Assembly: GCF_004010195.1 (NCBI RefSeq)
Contig: NC_057752.1
Coordinates: 9,868,862-9,932,861, forward strand
Origin: Chiloscyllium plagiosum
Taxonomy: Eukaryota
Direction: 5' to 3'
Length of the DNA: 64,000 nucleotides
Part shown: positions 1-12,156 of the stretch, in pieces
Layout of the letters: each line of letters starts with the position of its first letter
Numbering within the stretch: the stretch's first letter is position 1
The notes under the pieces: generated by a model
What the model was told of the DNA's origin: nothing
The model's input: only the letters and a program-made list of their open reading frames with translations
Databases searched by the model: none
Made by a program: the position numbers and the translations under genes

Positions 1-870
1 AACATAAGTTGTTTTTGCTAAGAGTAATTGCATGCAAACAGGATATGGGATGGGGTGCAATCAAGATGGAAGATGGTGTTCATACTCTGAACTTGTTGCA
101 GTCAATGTCCTGAAGGCTGTAAAGTGCCTAAGCAGAAAAGTAAGTGCTGTTTCTGCAGCTTGTGTTGGACTTTGCTTGAGCACTACAGCAGCCCTAGGAC
201 AACAATGTTAGCTTAAGAGTAAGATGATTTATTGAAATAATAAGCAATTGGAAGATTGGGGTCATTGTTATGTAAAAGCAGAGGTGTTCTGCAAAGCGGT
301 CACCAAGATTGCATTTGGACTTGCCAATGTCGAGCAGACTGTAGCGAATACAGTAGACTCAACTGAAACAAGTAGGAGTAAACTGCTGCTTCACCTGGAA
401 GAAGTGTTTGGGGCATTGGACGGTGATGAGCAAGGAGGAAAAAAGGCAAGTGTTGTGATTACGTGGAAGGTACCATGAGTTGGGGAATAGTGACAGAGGA
501 GTGGACTAACGGGTCAAGCAGGCAATGGTGTCTCTGGATTGCTTACTGCAGAAGGGAAGGGAAGATATGTTTGATGGTGGTGGAAAATGTTGGTAGGATG
601 GTAAGTGAGGACCCTATCATTTCCTATGGGATGAGGGGAAGGAGAGAGGGCAGAAGTGCAGGAAATGAGTTGGAACAGCTGAGGGCCCTGTCAGCCACAT
701 TGCTGGTGGTGGTTGGGGGAATGGATGTCCTCGGTTGAGAAAAAGGAAGATGCCAGAAGCGCCTCTGAGGAGTGTCACAGCATTGGGAACATATATGACA
801 GGTGGAAAAACTAAGAGAAATGGAGTCCTTGCAGGAAACTTGTTTTTATATTCTGTCCAATCATAATTTG
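1..870 (-). mobile_element. Degenerate Penelope-like (Neptune-type) element fragment
   Basis: Similar by eye to the reverse complement of the GIY-YIG region at 54547-55400; boundaries approximate. Confidence 0.6.
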
Positions 871-2169
871 CCACCTATCTTTGCAAAATTATGTCCTTTG
901 AGTTTGAAATATCATTACTTGACCACAGATGGTGCTTCTGTCCATTAGAATTTTTCTTATTTGTTTTGATGAATCTATGCTTTCTGGAATATCCCTTTAA
1001 ATATTTGCCACTGCATCTCTGTTCACCTATTCCCCAGTGTTCCCTCTAGTTTTCTTTCAGTTGCACAGGCCTCTGAGATCTGTGCATGACAGTGACTTCT
1101 GGAAGCAGACCAATAGCAATCATTGTGTGCAGAACCTTGGAGTGGCTGTGCGCACAGCTTTGAGGGAAGGCTGCCCATCTGTTAACCTAAATTGCCAGTT
1201 CACTTTCGATAGCTCTGCTTTCTTGCCCTTATAATTGCTTATGCTTAAATTTAAAATAGTACTTTTGAAGCCACATTTCTCTCCCCTAAACTATATGTAA
1301 AATTTAATCACATTATGTTCACTTCCACTATGAAGCCAGTAATTAATCTTATCTTGTTGGTCAAAACCAGTTCTAGTATAGCTTGCCCTCTGGGTGCCAG
1401 AACATACTGGTCTAAGAAATTGTCGCGAAAACAGTCAATGAATTCCTCATCTGGACTACTTTTTCCAATATAATTTTTCCAGTCTATATATAGGTTAAAA
1501 TCCCCCATGATAATTGCTGTAGCCTTCGAACAAGCTCCCATTATTTCTTCCTTGATACCCGGTCCTACCACGTGGTCTGTTGTGGAGCATGTACACAACT
1601 CCCACAAGTGACTTCTTGGCCCTGTCATTCCTCAGGCACACAGGCTGCTTCGAAATCCTGGTTTCCTGAATTAAGGTCATCCTTCTCTATTGTGCTAATA
1701 CCATCTTTGATTGATAGAACCTTTCCACCACCCTTTTCTAGCCTCCTGCCCTTCCTAAATGTCATATACCCTTCAATATTAAGGCCACAATCTTGATCAT
1801 CCTGCGACCATGTCTCAGTTATGGCCACTAGATTGTACTTATTTATCTCAATAAGTACAATAGTTCGTGTTTTATTTCAAGTGCTATGTGCATTCAAAAA
1901 CATTGCCTTAAGTTTTATCCATTTCTTATTTTTGTAACTTCTTATCATTTCTGCTTAATTTCTCTGAGTTCTGTATTCTCTATCCCTTCCTGTGTTTGTC
2001 AGCTTATCATTTCCCACTTGAATTCCTTTCTGTTGCCTTTTCCCCATTCTGATTCACCACAACTTCCTGAATTTGGGCCCTTGCGCTCACTATTTAGATT
2101 AAAGCCCTATCTACATCCTTAGTTATGCGGATGCAAGAACACCAGCCCTAGTATGGTTTAGGTATGGTC

Positions 2170-2375
2170 TGGGAGAAAGTGAGGATTGTAGATGCTGGAG
2201 AGTCAGAGTCAAAAGGGTGGCACTGGAAAAGCACAGCAGGTCAGGCAGTATACGAGGAGCAGGAGAGTCGACGTTTTGGACATTCCTGAAGAAGGGCATA
2301 TGCCCGAAACGTCGATTCTCCTTCTCCTTTGATGCTGCCTGACCTGCTGCGCTTTTCCAGCAACACATTTTTAAG
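2170..2375. mobile_element. Short inverted Penelope pLTR-type unit with a hammerhead-like core at 2286-2313 (+)
   Basis: Arms gcacagcaggtcaggcag / ctgcctgacctgctgcgc; core CTGAAGA-A-GGGC-ATAT-GCCC-GAAAC-GTC. Confidence 0.75.
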
Positions 2376-2825
2376 CTCCCCAGTATTTGTGTCAGTGCCT
2401 CACGAAGCAAAACATCTCCTCCATCAAAACTACAGCCACTCACTCATTTCTCTAACCTTGTTTACGCTCTGCCAATTTGCATGTGCTCAGGTAATAATCC
2501 AGTGTTTATGACCTTTGAGATTCTGCTTAATTTGGTGCCAAGTTTCTTTCTGCGGAAACTCCTTCCAAATTCTATCTATATCATTGCTACAACAATGATT
2601 CTTTCCAACCCACTGCAAGTTCTTCTCTGTCCCAGAGCAGATATCCTGAACCCGAGCACTGGGCAGACAACACAGCCATCTGGACTATGCTGTTTTGTAC
2701 TGCCACTACAGTCCTTTTAGCTCCCCGTTTGAATGGCTTCTTGTACCCTGGTCATTTAGCTCATCCATTCCACAGCCCCTGCTCCAAACAAGCACATACC
2801 TCACACCTGTTGGACAATCGCAGAG

Positions 2826-3149
2826 TTAAAAATCACACAAAACCAGGTTGTAGTCCAACAGGTTTATTTGGAAGCACTAGCTTTCGGAGCACCGCTCCTT
2901 TATCAGGTGGTTGTGGAGAATAAGATTGTAAGACACAGAATGTATAGCAAATATATGCTACATATTTATATGTTATAAAGTTATATGCTATAGATTCTGT
3001 GTCTTACAATCTTATTCTCCACAACCACCTGATGAAGGAGCAGCACTCCGAAAGCTAGTTCTTCCAAATAAACCTGTTGGACTATAACCTGGTGTTGTGT
3101 GATTTTTAACTTTGTACACCCCAGTCCAACACCGGCGTCTCCAAATCAT
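2826..3149. mobile_element. Palindromic hammerhead-bearing short element with 13-bp TSD
   Basis: Inverted repeat 2824-3111; TSD gacaatcgcagag (2813-2825) / gacaattgcagag (3150-3162); cores at 3029-3057 (+) and 2878-2906 (-). Confidence 0.85.
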
Positions 3150-4028
3150 GACAATTGCAGAGGCTGACACCAGTCTTCTAGATTCCCTGACTGCCTCACC
3201 TGTAGTTGCACCCTCCTCTCCCTGACCATATCAGAGCACACTATCCTAAGAGGTATGACTATTTTCTGGTATAAAAAAATCCAGATAAGTTACCCCCTCC
3301 CTGATGCATCATAGTGTCTAGTTCAGCCTCTATCTCATAAACACTTGAGCAGAAGCTGGATGAACTTCAGACACTTACAGCAGATATACTTGCCCTGGAT
3401 CACAATGGATTCCACGAGCTCCCACATACTGCAGCTTTGACAACCTACCTACGCTGCCGTTCCAATGAGTTTTAAATTAATTATTTAGTTATATTATTAA
3501 CTTATTATGGTACTTTTTATGTATTGTATTACTTGAGGATACAGTAGGCTTGAAACAATTTACAGATACTCACCTAACAGTTCGCTCTTTTCTCTGTCCC
3601 AAGCTGCTTGGGTATCTGTCCCTTTTCCCAGACTACTCCACTATGTTGCTGACTGCAGGACATTCTTTCCGTGAATCTCAACACTCCCTAAAATTTTCAG
3701 CCAGAAGTGCCAATTGAATGATCCATCTCAGCCTCCTCTGGAGATCTCCACCGGCACAGATGCCAGTCTTTAGTCCATTCAATTCACTCTATGTGATATC
3801 AAGAAATGGTTCGAGGTGCTGGATAATGCAAAAGCTTTGGGTCCTAACAACATTCTGGCAATAGTTCTGAAGACTTGTGCTCCAGAACTAGCTGTACCCC
3901 AAGCCAAGCTTTTCTAGTACAGCCATAACACTGGCATCTACCCAACAATGTGGAAAATTGCCCAGGTGTGACCTGTACATAAAAAGCAAGACAACTCCAA
4001 CCCAGTCAATTATAGCTGCATCAGTCTA

Positions 4029-5712
4029 CAGGTAGTTCTATAATAAAGTAGTGAGGTTCCCATGTGATACCTTATAATAGAAAATCATGCAGTAGAAATA
4101 ATGGAGCCTATGGAAAAAGCAGGGTTGGGGTGAACCACCAAAAATACCAGTAAAAATCGAAACATAAATAGTAGTTAGCCTAACACAAATGATAGCACAG
4201 TCTAAAGTAAATTTTGATTTGTTGCATGGTATTTTCTAGTGCAATTCATCAGAGTCTTCAACTGATTCCTCTCAATTGGCAGTCTTCAACTGATCAGTCT
4301 TCAACTGATTCCTCTCAATACCTGCTGGCTGCACTACATTTTAGCCAGTCTCTGATCCCATCCAATAGTAACACTGCACAAGTCAGATCCCAGAATGAAA
4401 CCTGCCTTGATAGATCAAGGACTGAATCTTAATTTATTTCGCTAAGTGTCAGTTTCATTAAGTTTTTCAGAGGGTTTCACATCGTGATGCTTGGGAACGT
4501 CTACCACCTTATTTTACAAAACCCGCTTGAATTCTCTCAAACACTCTGGCACCATCATACCATGTGCCATTTCCAAAACAACTCACCACTCCCTGAATAC
4601 CCCAGAATTGACCAACATCTGTGGTGCAGCACCATCTTTTAAAAAGACATTGTGCACCCAGACAAGAACTGTCAGTCCAGATCTGCCCTGCATGGTTCCT
4701 GACATTGGCCCTGGATGTGGCAGACAACAGAAAATTGGTGCCTGTCTTTGTGGGCAGGGACATGGAGATGCTGCTGATGGGGATGGGGTGAAGGAGAGGC
4801 AGGAAGTCTTTTTCTCTCAGGCCAACAGAGGACGTCATTCTACTGGAACCATGCCAACCTGGACCAGGGTTACCATCCAGACCAGTGCAGTCTCAACAAT
4901 CTGAAGGAATGCACAGAATGTAGGATGATGAATGACCTTCTCCGTTCTGCACGTGAAAATGCCACTATTTTCTCATTGATACCTCACACTCACTCTCTCT
5001 GCTACTGTACCTGCCATTTCCTGCAACATCTTCTCCACTCACTCTCATCCTCCCAACATCTGACCCTGAACCTCTTCTGCACATCCTACTCATCCCCTCA
5101 AGACGTCTCCACACATATCAAAAGTGTGCCACCAGCTTTCTTTCCATCACCCACTATGTGCACAGTTTCCTGGCTTTGACCACCCTGAGCAGCTGACTGA
5201 CCATGTCCAAGCCCCTGTACTGGTAATTTTTTGCAGTTGGTTACTAGTGATTCGTCACTGAAACAGATTCACATGACTCTGCAGATATTCCTTAACATCT
5301 AAACATACTTAAAGAAAAAGAGAAAAAAAAGCTCTTAATACAAACAACAAAGCCAAGTTTCAATCTGCTCCTCACCACTGTCCTTTTACTGTGAGTCGAT
5401 TCCAGTGAAATTTCACTTCTATCTCAACTCTTTTAAGTTTTTAAATTAACAGATTGCTCCCAGCTCCTTGTCCTCAGGCTGTAGAGACATTTTCACAATG
5501 CATTTCCAAGTCCACGAGCACAAATATTTCACAACATCTTTCACGAGAAAGTGCATGAGCTGACTGATCACCTGATGCCGACGCTGAGTCCAGTCCTCTG
5601 TGCATCGTGCTGGGAATCGTGTAATAGCGAACGGGAGGTTCGCTTTATTTTTAAAAAATCGCATTACAGACTAAACGCGCTTAATAAACAAGCATTATAG
5701 AAGAACTAGCTA
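4029..5712. mobile_element. Tc1/mariner-pogo(Tigger)-type non-autonomous DNA transposon with TA TSD
   Basis: Left end TA|CAGGTAGTTCTATAAT and right end ATTATAGAAGAACTAGCTA|TA are imperfect inverted repeats; the interrupted LINE rejoins across the TA. Confidence 0.7.
4715..4960 (+). pseudogene. Myb/SANT-like DNA-binding domain relic of PIF/Harbinger type
   Basis: Across frameshifts: KLVPVF..D.E.LL / DGVKERQEVFF..R..T.PTW..V...SAVS..RNAQ / CR.MNDLLRSAR, the pattern of Harbinger/NAIF1-type Myb domains. Confidence 0.6.
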
Positions 5713-7439
5713 TACACTTGATCATCAGTAAAGTGATGGAAGGTGTCACCAACAGTGCTATTGAGTAGCACCTGATCAGCAATAACCTGCTGAGTGCTGT
5801 TCAGAAGGGCAGGAAAAAGTCTCGGAGGGCCATAGTCATAGGGGATTCTATTGTAAGTGGAGTAAATAGGCGGTTCTGTGGCTGAAAACGAGACTCCCGG
5901 GATGGTATGTTGCCGCCCCAGGTGCTCGGGTCAGAGATGTCACTGATCAGGTACAGAGCATTCTGAAAGGGGAGGGTGAACAGCCAACGATATAAGTAAA
6001 AAACGAGATGAGGTCCTGAAGGTAGAATTCAGGGAGCTAGGAGAGAAGTTAAAGAGGAGGACCTCAAAAGGTAGTGATCTCAGGATTACTACCAGTGCCA
6101 CGTGCTAGCCAGGGTAGACAATAGGTGCAGGAGTAGGCCATTCAGCCCTTCGAGCCTGCACCGCCATTCAACATGATCATGGCTGATCATTCCTAATCAG
6201 TATCCTGTTTCTGCCTAATCTCCATAAACCTTGAAATGAAAAAATAGGCAGGATAAACACGTAGCTTGAGGGATGGTGTAGGAAGGAGGGGTTCAGATTT
6301 GTGGGACATTGGGACCGTTCTGGGGAAGGTGAGACTATGACAAATTGGATGGTCTACACCTGAACCAGACTGGAATTAATGTCTTTGGGAGAATCTTTGC
6401 TACTGCTGTTGGGGAGGATTTAAACAAACGTGGCAATGGGCTGGGAACCAGAAGAGAAGACTAGTAGACAGAGGTGGAAACTAGAAACTGTAAGGAATAA
6501 GATTATGAAGTTACCATTACTAAGGGGAAGAGTAGGCAGAGAGCAGATGAACGCAAAGGAATTGGTGTTCTGAAGTGCATATGCTTTAATGCAAGGAGTA
6601 TAGTGGGTAAGGCAGACGAACTTAGGGTTTGGATTGATGCCTGGGAGTATGACATTATTGTGATCAGAGACTTGGTTGAAGGAAGGAAGTAAGCAATTAA
6701 ATGTTCCAGGATATAGATGCTTCAGACAGGACAGGGAGGGAAGTAAAAAGGGGGAGGAGTTGCGTTGCTGGTCAGGGATGATATCATGGCTGTGCTAAAG
6801 GAACACACAATGCAGGGCTTGAGCAGTGAGGCATTATGGATAGAGCTGAGAAATAAGAAGGGTGCAGTTACATTGTTGGGGCTGTACTACAGGCCTCCCA
6901 ACAGTGACTGAGGTCGAAGAACAAATAGGTGAGGATTATGGAAAGATGTAGAGGCAACAGGCAATTAAAATGGAAGATTTTAATTTTCCCAACATTGACT
7001 GGGATACACTTAGTGTCAGAGATCTGGGTGGGGCAGAATTTGTAAGAAGCGTCTAGAGCAGTATGTCAATAGTCCGACGAGGTAAGGGACCATATTGGAT
7101 CTGGTGTTGGGGAATGAGCCAGAACAGAGGGTAGAAGTTGCAGTGGGGGGATTTCTTTGGGAATAGTGACCACAATTCTAAGTTTTAGAATACTCATACA
7201 CAAAGATTAGAGTGGTCCTAAGGGAAGAGTACTAAACTGGGCCAAGGCCAATTATATCAAAATTTGGCAGGAGCTGGGAAATGTGGATTGGGGACAACTA
7301 TTTGAAGGGAAGTCCACATTTGATATGTGGGATGTTTTCAAAAATAGGTTGAAGATAGTGCAGGATAGGCATGTCCCTTTGAAAACAAGAGATAGGAAAG
7401 GCAAGATTCGTGAACCGTGCATGACAGGAGAATTCATGC

Positions 7440-8300
7440 TGGATCAGTGGTTCTGGAAGAGCACAGCAATTCAGGCAGCATCCGAGAACAGGCAAAATCG
7501 ACGTTTCGGGCAAAAGCCCTTCATCAGGAATAAAGGCAGAGAGCCTGAAGCGTGGAGAGATAAGCTAGAGGAGGGTGAGGGTGGGGAGAGAGTGGCATAG
7601 AGTACAATAGGTCAGTGGGGAAGGAGATGAAGGTGATAGGTCAGGGAGGAGAGGGTGGAGTGGATAGGTGGAAAAGAAGATAGGCAGGTAGGACAAGTCA
7701 TGGGGAGCTGGAAGTTTGGAACTAGGGTGAGGTGGGGGAAGGGGAAATGAGGAAACTGTTAAAATCCACATTGATGCCCTGGGGTTGAAGTGTTCCGAGG
7801 CGGAAGATGAGGCGTTCTTCCTCCAGGCATCTGGTGGTGAGGGAGCAGCGGTGGAGGAGGCCCAACCCCAGGGCATCAATGTGGATTCCAACAGTTTCCT
7901 CATTTCCCCTTCCCCCACCTCAACCTAGNNNNNNNNNNNNNNNNNNNNNNNNNNNNNNNNNNNNNNNNNNNNNNNNNNNNNNNNNNNNNNNNNNNNNNNN
8001 NNNNNNNNNNNNNNNNNNNNNNNNNNNNNNNNNNNNNNNNCTCCCCCCTCTCCTCCCTGACCTATCACCTTCATCTCCTTCCCCACTGACCTATTGTACT
8101 CTATGCCACTCTCTCCCCCCCCCCACCCTCCTCTAGCTTATCTCTCTACGCTTCAGGCTCTCTGCCTTTATTCCTGATGAAGGGCTTTTGCCCGAAACGT
8201 CGATTTTGCCTGTCCTCGGATGCTGCCTGAATTGCTGTGCTCTTCCAGAACCACTGATCCAGAATCTGGTTTCCAGCATCTGCAGTCATTGTTTTTACCT
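7440..8300. mobile_element. Inverted (fold-back) Penelope-like 3' end pair with perfect 14-bp TSD; N gap 7929-8040
   Basis: TSD aggagaattcatgc at 7426-7439 and 8301-8314; arms are reverse complements; hammerhead-like cores at 7500-7527 (-) and 8174-8201 (+). Confidence 0.88.
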
Positions 8301-9929
8301 AGGAGAATTCATGCGACTAGCCAAGAGGAAAAGGGAAGCGTACATAAGGTCCAGCAGCTAAGAACAGAATGGGCCTTGGAGGAATATCGGGAGAGTAGGA
8401 CCAAACTTAAATGAGGAATCAAGCGGGCTAAAAGGGGTCATGAAATAATTTTAGCGAGCAGAATTAAGGAGAATCCCAAGGCCTTATATTCATAAATAAG
8501 AAGAAGAGGAGAACTAGAGAAAGGGTTGGTCCACTAAAGGATAAGGAAGGAAAGTTGTATATCGAACCTGAGAAAATGGGAGATTCTCAATGATTACTTT
8601 GCATCAGTGTTCACTGAGGAGAGGGACATGATGAATGTTGAGATTAGAGATAGAAGTTTGTTTACTCTGGATCACATTGACATAAGGAGGGAGGATGTGT
8701 TGGGTAGGCTAAAGGATATTAAGGTGGACAAATCCCCAGGACCGGATGGGATCAATCTCAGGTTGCTGAGGGAGGCAAGAGCAGAAAAAGCTGGGGCCCT
8801 GACAGATATCTTTGTAGCATCCTTAAACACAGGTGAAGTGCTGGGGGACTGGAGGGTTGCTCATGTTGTCCCCCTGTACAAGGGTAGTAGGGATATTCCA
8901 GGTAACTGCAGACCAGTGAGCCTGACATCAGTGGTGGGAAAGGTACTGAAGGATAGAATCTGTTTACATTTGGAAAAGAATGGGCTTAGCAGTGATAGGC
9001 AACATGGTTTTGGACAGGGTAGATCATGCCTTACCAATTTAATAGAGTTCTTTGAGGAAGTGACCAAGTTGATAGATGATGGAAGGACTGTAGATGTCAG
9101 ATACATAGACTTTAGTAAGGTGTTTGATAAGGTTCCCCATGGTAAAATAATGGAGAAAGTGAAGTCACATGGTGTGCAGGGTGTTTTAGCTCAGTGGATA
9201 AAGAACTGGTTGAACAACAGGAGTCAGAGAGTAGTAGTTGAATGGAGTTTCTCGAAATGGAGAAAAGTGACCAGTGGTGTTCCACAGGGGTCAGTGTTGG
9301 GGCTACTGTTGTTTGTGATAAATATAAATGATCTGGAAGAGGGCATTGGTGTCTGATCAGTACGTTTGCAGATGACACAAAGATTGGTGGAGTAGCAGAT
9401 ATCATAGGGGACTGTCAAAGAATACAGGAGAATATAGATAGACTGGAGGATTGGGCAGAGAAGTGGCAGTTGAAGCTCAATCTGGGCAAATGTGAAATGA
9501 TGTATTTTGAGAGGTCTAATTCTAGAGCGCACTATGCTGTAAATGGAAGAGCCTTGGGAAAAGTTGATGAGTAGGGAGTTCAGGTCCATTGCACCCTGAA
9601 GGTGGCTGCACAGGTGGATAGAGTGGTCAAGAAGGCATATAGTATGCTTGCCTTCATTGGATGGGGCATTGAGTATAAGAGCTGGCAGGTCATGTTAAAA
9701 TTGTACAAGACTGGTTCGGCTGCATCTAGAATAACATGTACAGTTCTGGTCGCCACATTACCAAAAGGATGTGGACGCTTTGGAGAGGGTGCAGAGAAAG
9801 TTTACGAGGATGTTGCCTGGTATGGAAGGCGCACTATGAAGCAAGGTTGAGTAGGTTAAGACTGTTTTCATTAGAAAAAAGGAGATTGAGGGGGGAACCT
9901 GATTGAGATCTACAAAGTCATGAAGGGTA

Positions 9930-10027
9930 TACAAAAGTTAAAAATCACACAACACCAGGTTATAGTCCAACAAGTTTAATTGGAAGCATTAGGTTTCGGA
10001 GTGCTGCTCCACACCGCCATCTCCAAA
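9930..10027. mobile_element. Truncated copy of the 2826-3149 element family inserted in CR1
   Basis: Shares aaaatcacacaacaccaggttatagtccaac and the tail acaccg..atctccaaatcatg; tcatgaagggta is duplicated on both sides. Confidence 0.75.
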
Positions 10028-12156
10028 TCATGAAGGGTACATACAGGGTGGATAGAGATAATTTTTTTCCCCAGGGTGAGGGATTCAATAACGAGAGGTC
10101 ACACGTTCAAGGTGAGAAAAGTTTAAGGGGGATACATGTGGAAAGTACTTTACACAGAGGGTGGTAGGTGCCTGGAATGCATTGCCAGCAGAGGTAATAG
10201 AGGCAGGCACGGTAGATTCATTTAAGATACATCTGGACAGATGCATGAGTGGATGGGGAGCAGAGGGATACAGATCCTTTGGAATTGGGTGATAGGTTTA
10301 GACAGTGGATTTGGATCGGCACAGGCTTGGAAGGCCAAAGGGCCTATTCCTGGGCTGTAAATATTCTTTGACACCCAGTTTGGGTTTCACCAGAGCTACT
10401 CAGCTGCTAACCTCATTGCAGCTTAGTCCAACATGGGCAAAACAGCTGAATTATAGAGGTGAGAGCAATAGCCCTTGACATCAATACTGTATTTGATAGT
10501 GTGGCATCAAGGAGTCCTAGCAAAACTGGAAGCAATAGGTATTCAGGGAAAACTCTGCTGGCATACTTGGCACAGAGGTAGATAGTTATGTCTGTTGGAG
10601 GTTAGTCATCTCAGCAGGAGTTCCTTACTGTAGCATCCTAGGTGCAGCCATTTTCAGCTGTTTCATCAATGACCTTCCCTCCATCAGAAGTGGAGATATT
10701 CACTGATGATTGCACAATTCATGACTCAGATACTGAAGCAGTCCATGTTTAAATGCAATATCCAGGTTTCAGCAGAAAAATGGCAATTAACATCCGTGCA
10801 ACACAAATGACAGGCTATAACCATCACCAATACTAAACACTGTAACCAATGGCCTTTGACAGTCAATGGTGTTACCATCACTGAACCCCCACCCCACCCA
10901 AACACTTGGTTGCCATCATCTTGGGGTTACCATTGCCCAGAAACTGAACCTACCACATAAATAAACCTACCACATAAATAAACTGGCCACAGCAGTAAGT
11001 CATAGACTAGGAATTCTACAGCAAGTAACTCACTTCCTGGCTCCCAAAAGCCTGTCCAACATCACCAAGGCATAAGTAAGGAGTGCGATGGAATAGTCCC
11101 CATTTGGCTGATGAGTGCAGCTCCAACAACACTCAAGAAACTTGGCACAATCTAAGACAAAGTAGCTCACTCAATTGGCACTGCATTCACTCCCTCCACC
11201 ATTGAGACTCTGATGCAGCAGTGTGTACCATATACAAGATGCACTGCAGAAATTCACCAAAGTGTCTTAGACAGCACCCTCTAAACCACTGACCACTTCT
11301 GTCTAGGACAGCTGCAGACACATGGGAACAACATCTACAAATCTCTCTCCAAGTCACTCACTACCTCAACTTGGAAATATATTGCTGTTCTATCAGTGTC
11401 ATTGGATCAAAATCTTGGAACTCCCTTACCTTCCTAATGGCACTATGGGACTACCTACAGCATGTGGACTATACTGGTTCAAGAAGACAACTCATCACCA
11501 TCTTCTCAATGTCAACTAAGGATGGACAATAAATGATGGCCCAGCCAGCAATGCTCACTTCTCACAAATTAATTTAAGTAATTAGTTTTTCTGTGTTGGA
11601 AACCACTGAGTGATAATTTCTCTGGGGAGTGTGGCCAGAACCCAGTTACAGAAGGGGATGGGAGAAATAGGAATAGTGGTAGGAGATTCAAAAGTGAAGG
11701 CTACTGACAAATGTTTCTGTAGCCCCAGACGGGACTCCATGATTGAAGGTCAATGGCTGCAGGGCTTTTAAGGGGGAAGACAAATGGCATAGGTAGAAAG
11801 GAGGAGGAGGTTCTTCCACAAGAATTTTGGGACTTCGGTAGCAGATTGAAAAGCAGGACCTTGAAGGTTGTGATCTCTGTACTACTCCAGTGGTGTGTGC
11901 TAGACAGTATAGGAATAGATTAATAAAGCAAATGAATGTGACTGAGAGGAGGGAAAGCCTAGAGCGCTAGGTCTGTTTGTGGGAATATGGGACCTGAAAC
12001 AGGATAAGCAACTTTTTATGTATGGTGCAGAGGTGATGAACTAATTTGGCAGTGGGAGGGTTATGCAGTGGAGGGACAATAGGGGGTAATGCACAGACAA
12101 ACATAGAAGAGAAGCCAAATTGATACAGAAGCCAGAGCATATGCAAGTGTTTTAAT

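Larger units (their letters stand above)
880..3470 (-). mobile_element. Degenerate CR1-like LINE fragments (ORF2 endonuclease and ORF1 regions) with nested inserts
   Basis: Minus-strand ORFs AITETW..GLNIEGY..FRKGR and IIMGDFNL.IDW..FLDQYV (APE endonuclease motifs). Confidence 0.8.
5805..10370 (+). mobile_element. Near full-length CR1/HER1-like LINE (ORF1 esterase part, ORF2 endonuclease + RT), disrupted
   Basis: ORF1 AIVIGDSIV..PGARVRDV; ORF2 [63 protein letters not shown]1 tail. Confidence 0.93.
3690..11575 (+). mobile_element. Old CR1-clade LINE split into three parts (about 3690-4028, 5713-5804, 10370-11575) by younger insertions
   Basis: RT-like coding continues across the breaks (NYSCISL | LIISKVMEG; QFGF...LDI..FD.VWHQG) and ends in a LINE tail near 11570. 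Confidence 0.75.

Noticed and set aside
8607..9356. 249-aa RT ORF as a possible host or active gene
   Set aside because: It is a fragment of a disrupted CR1 ORF2 with stops and frameshifts on both sides
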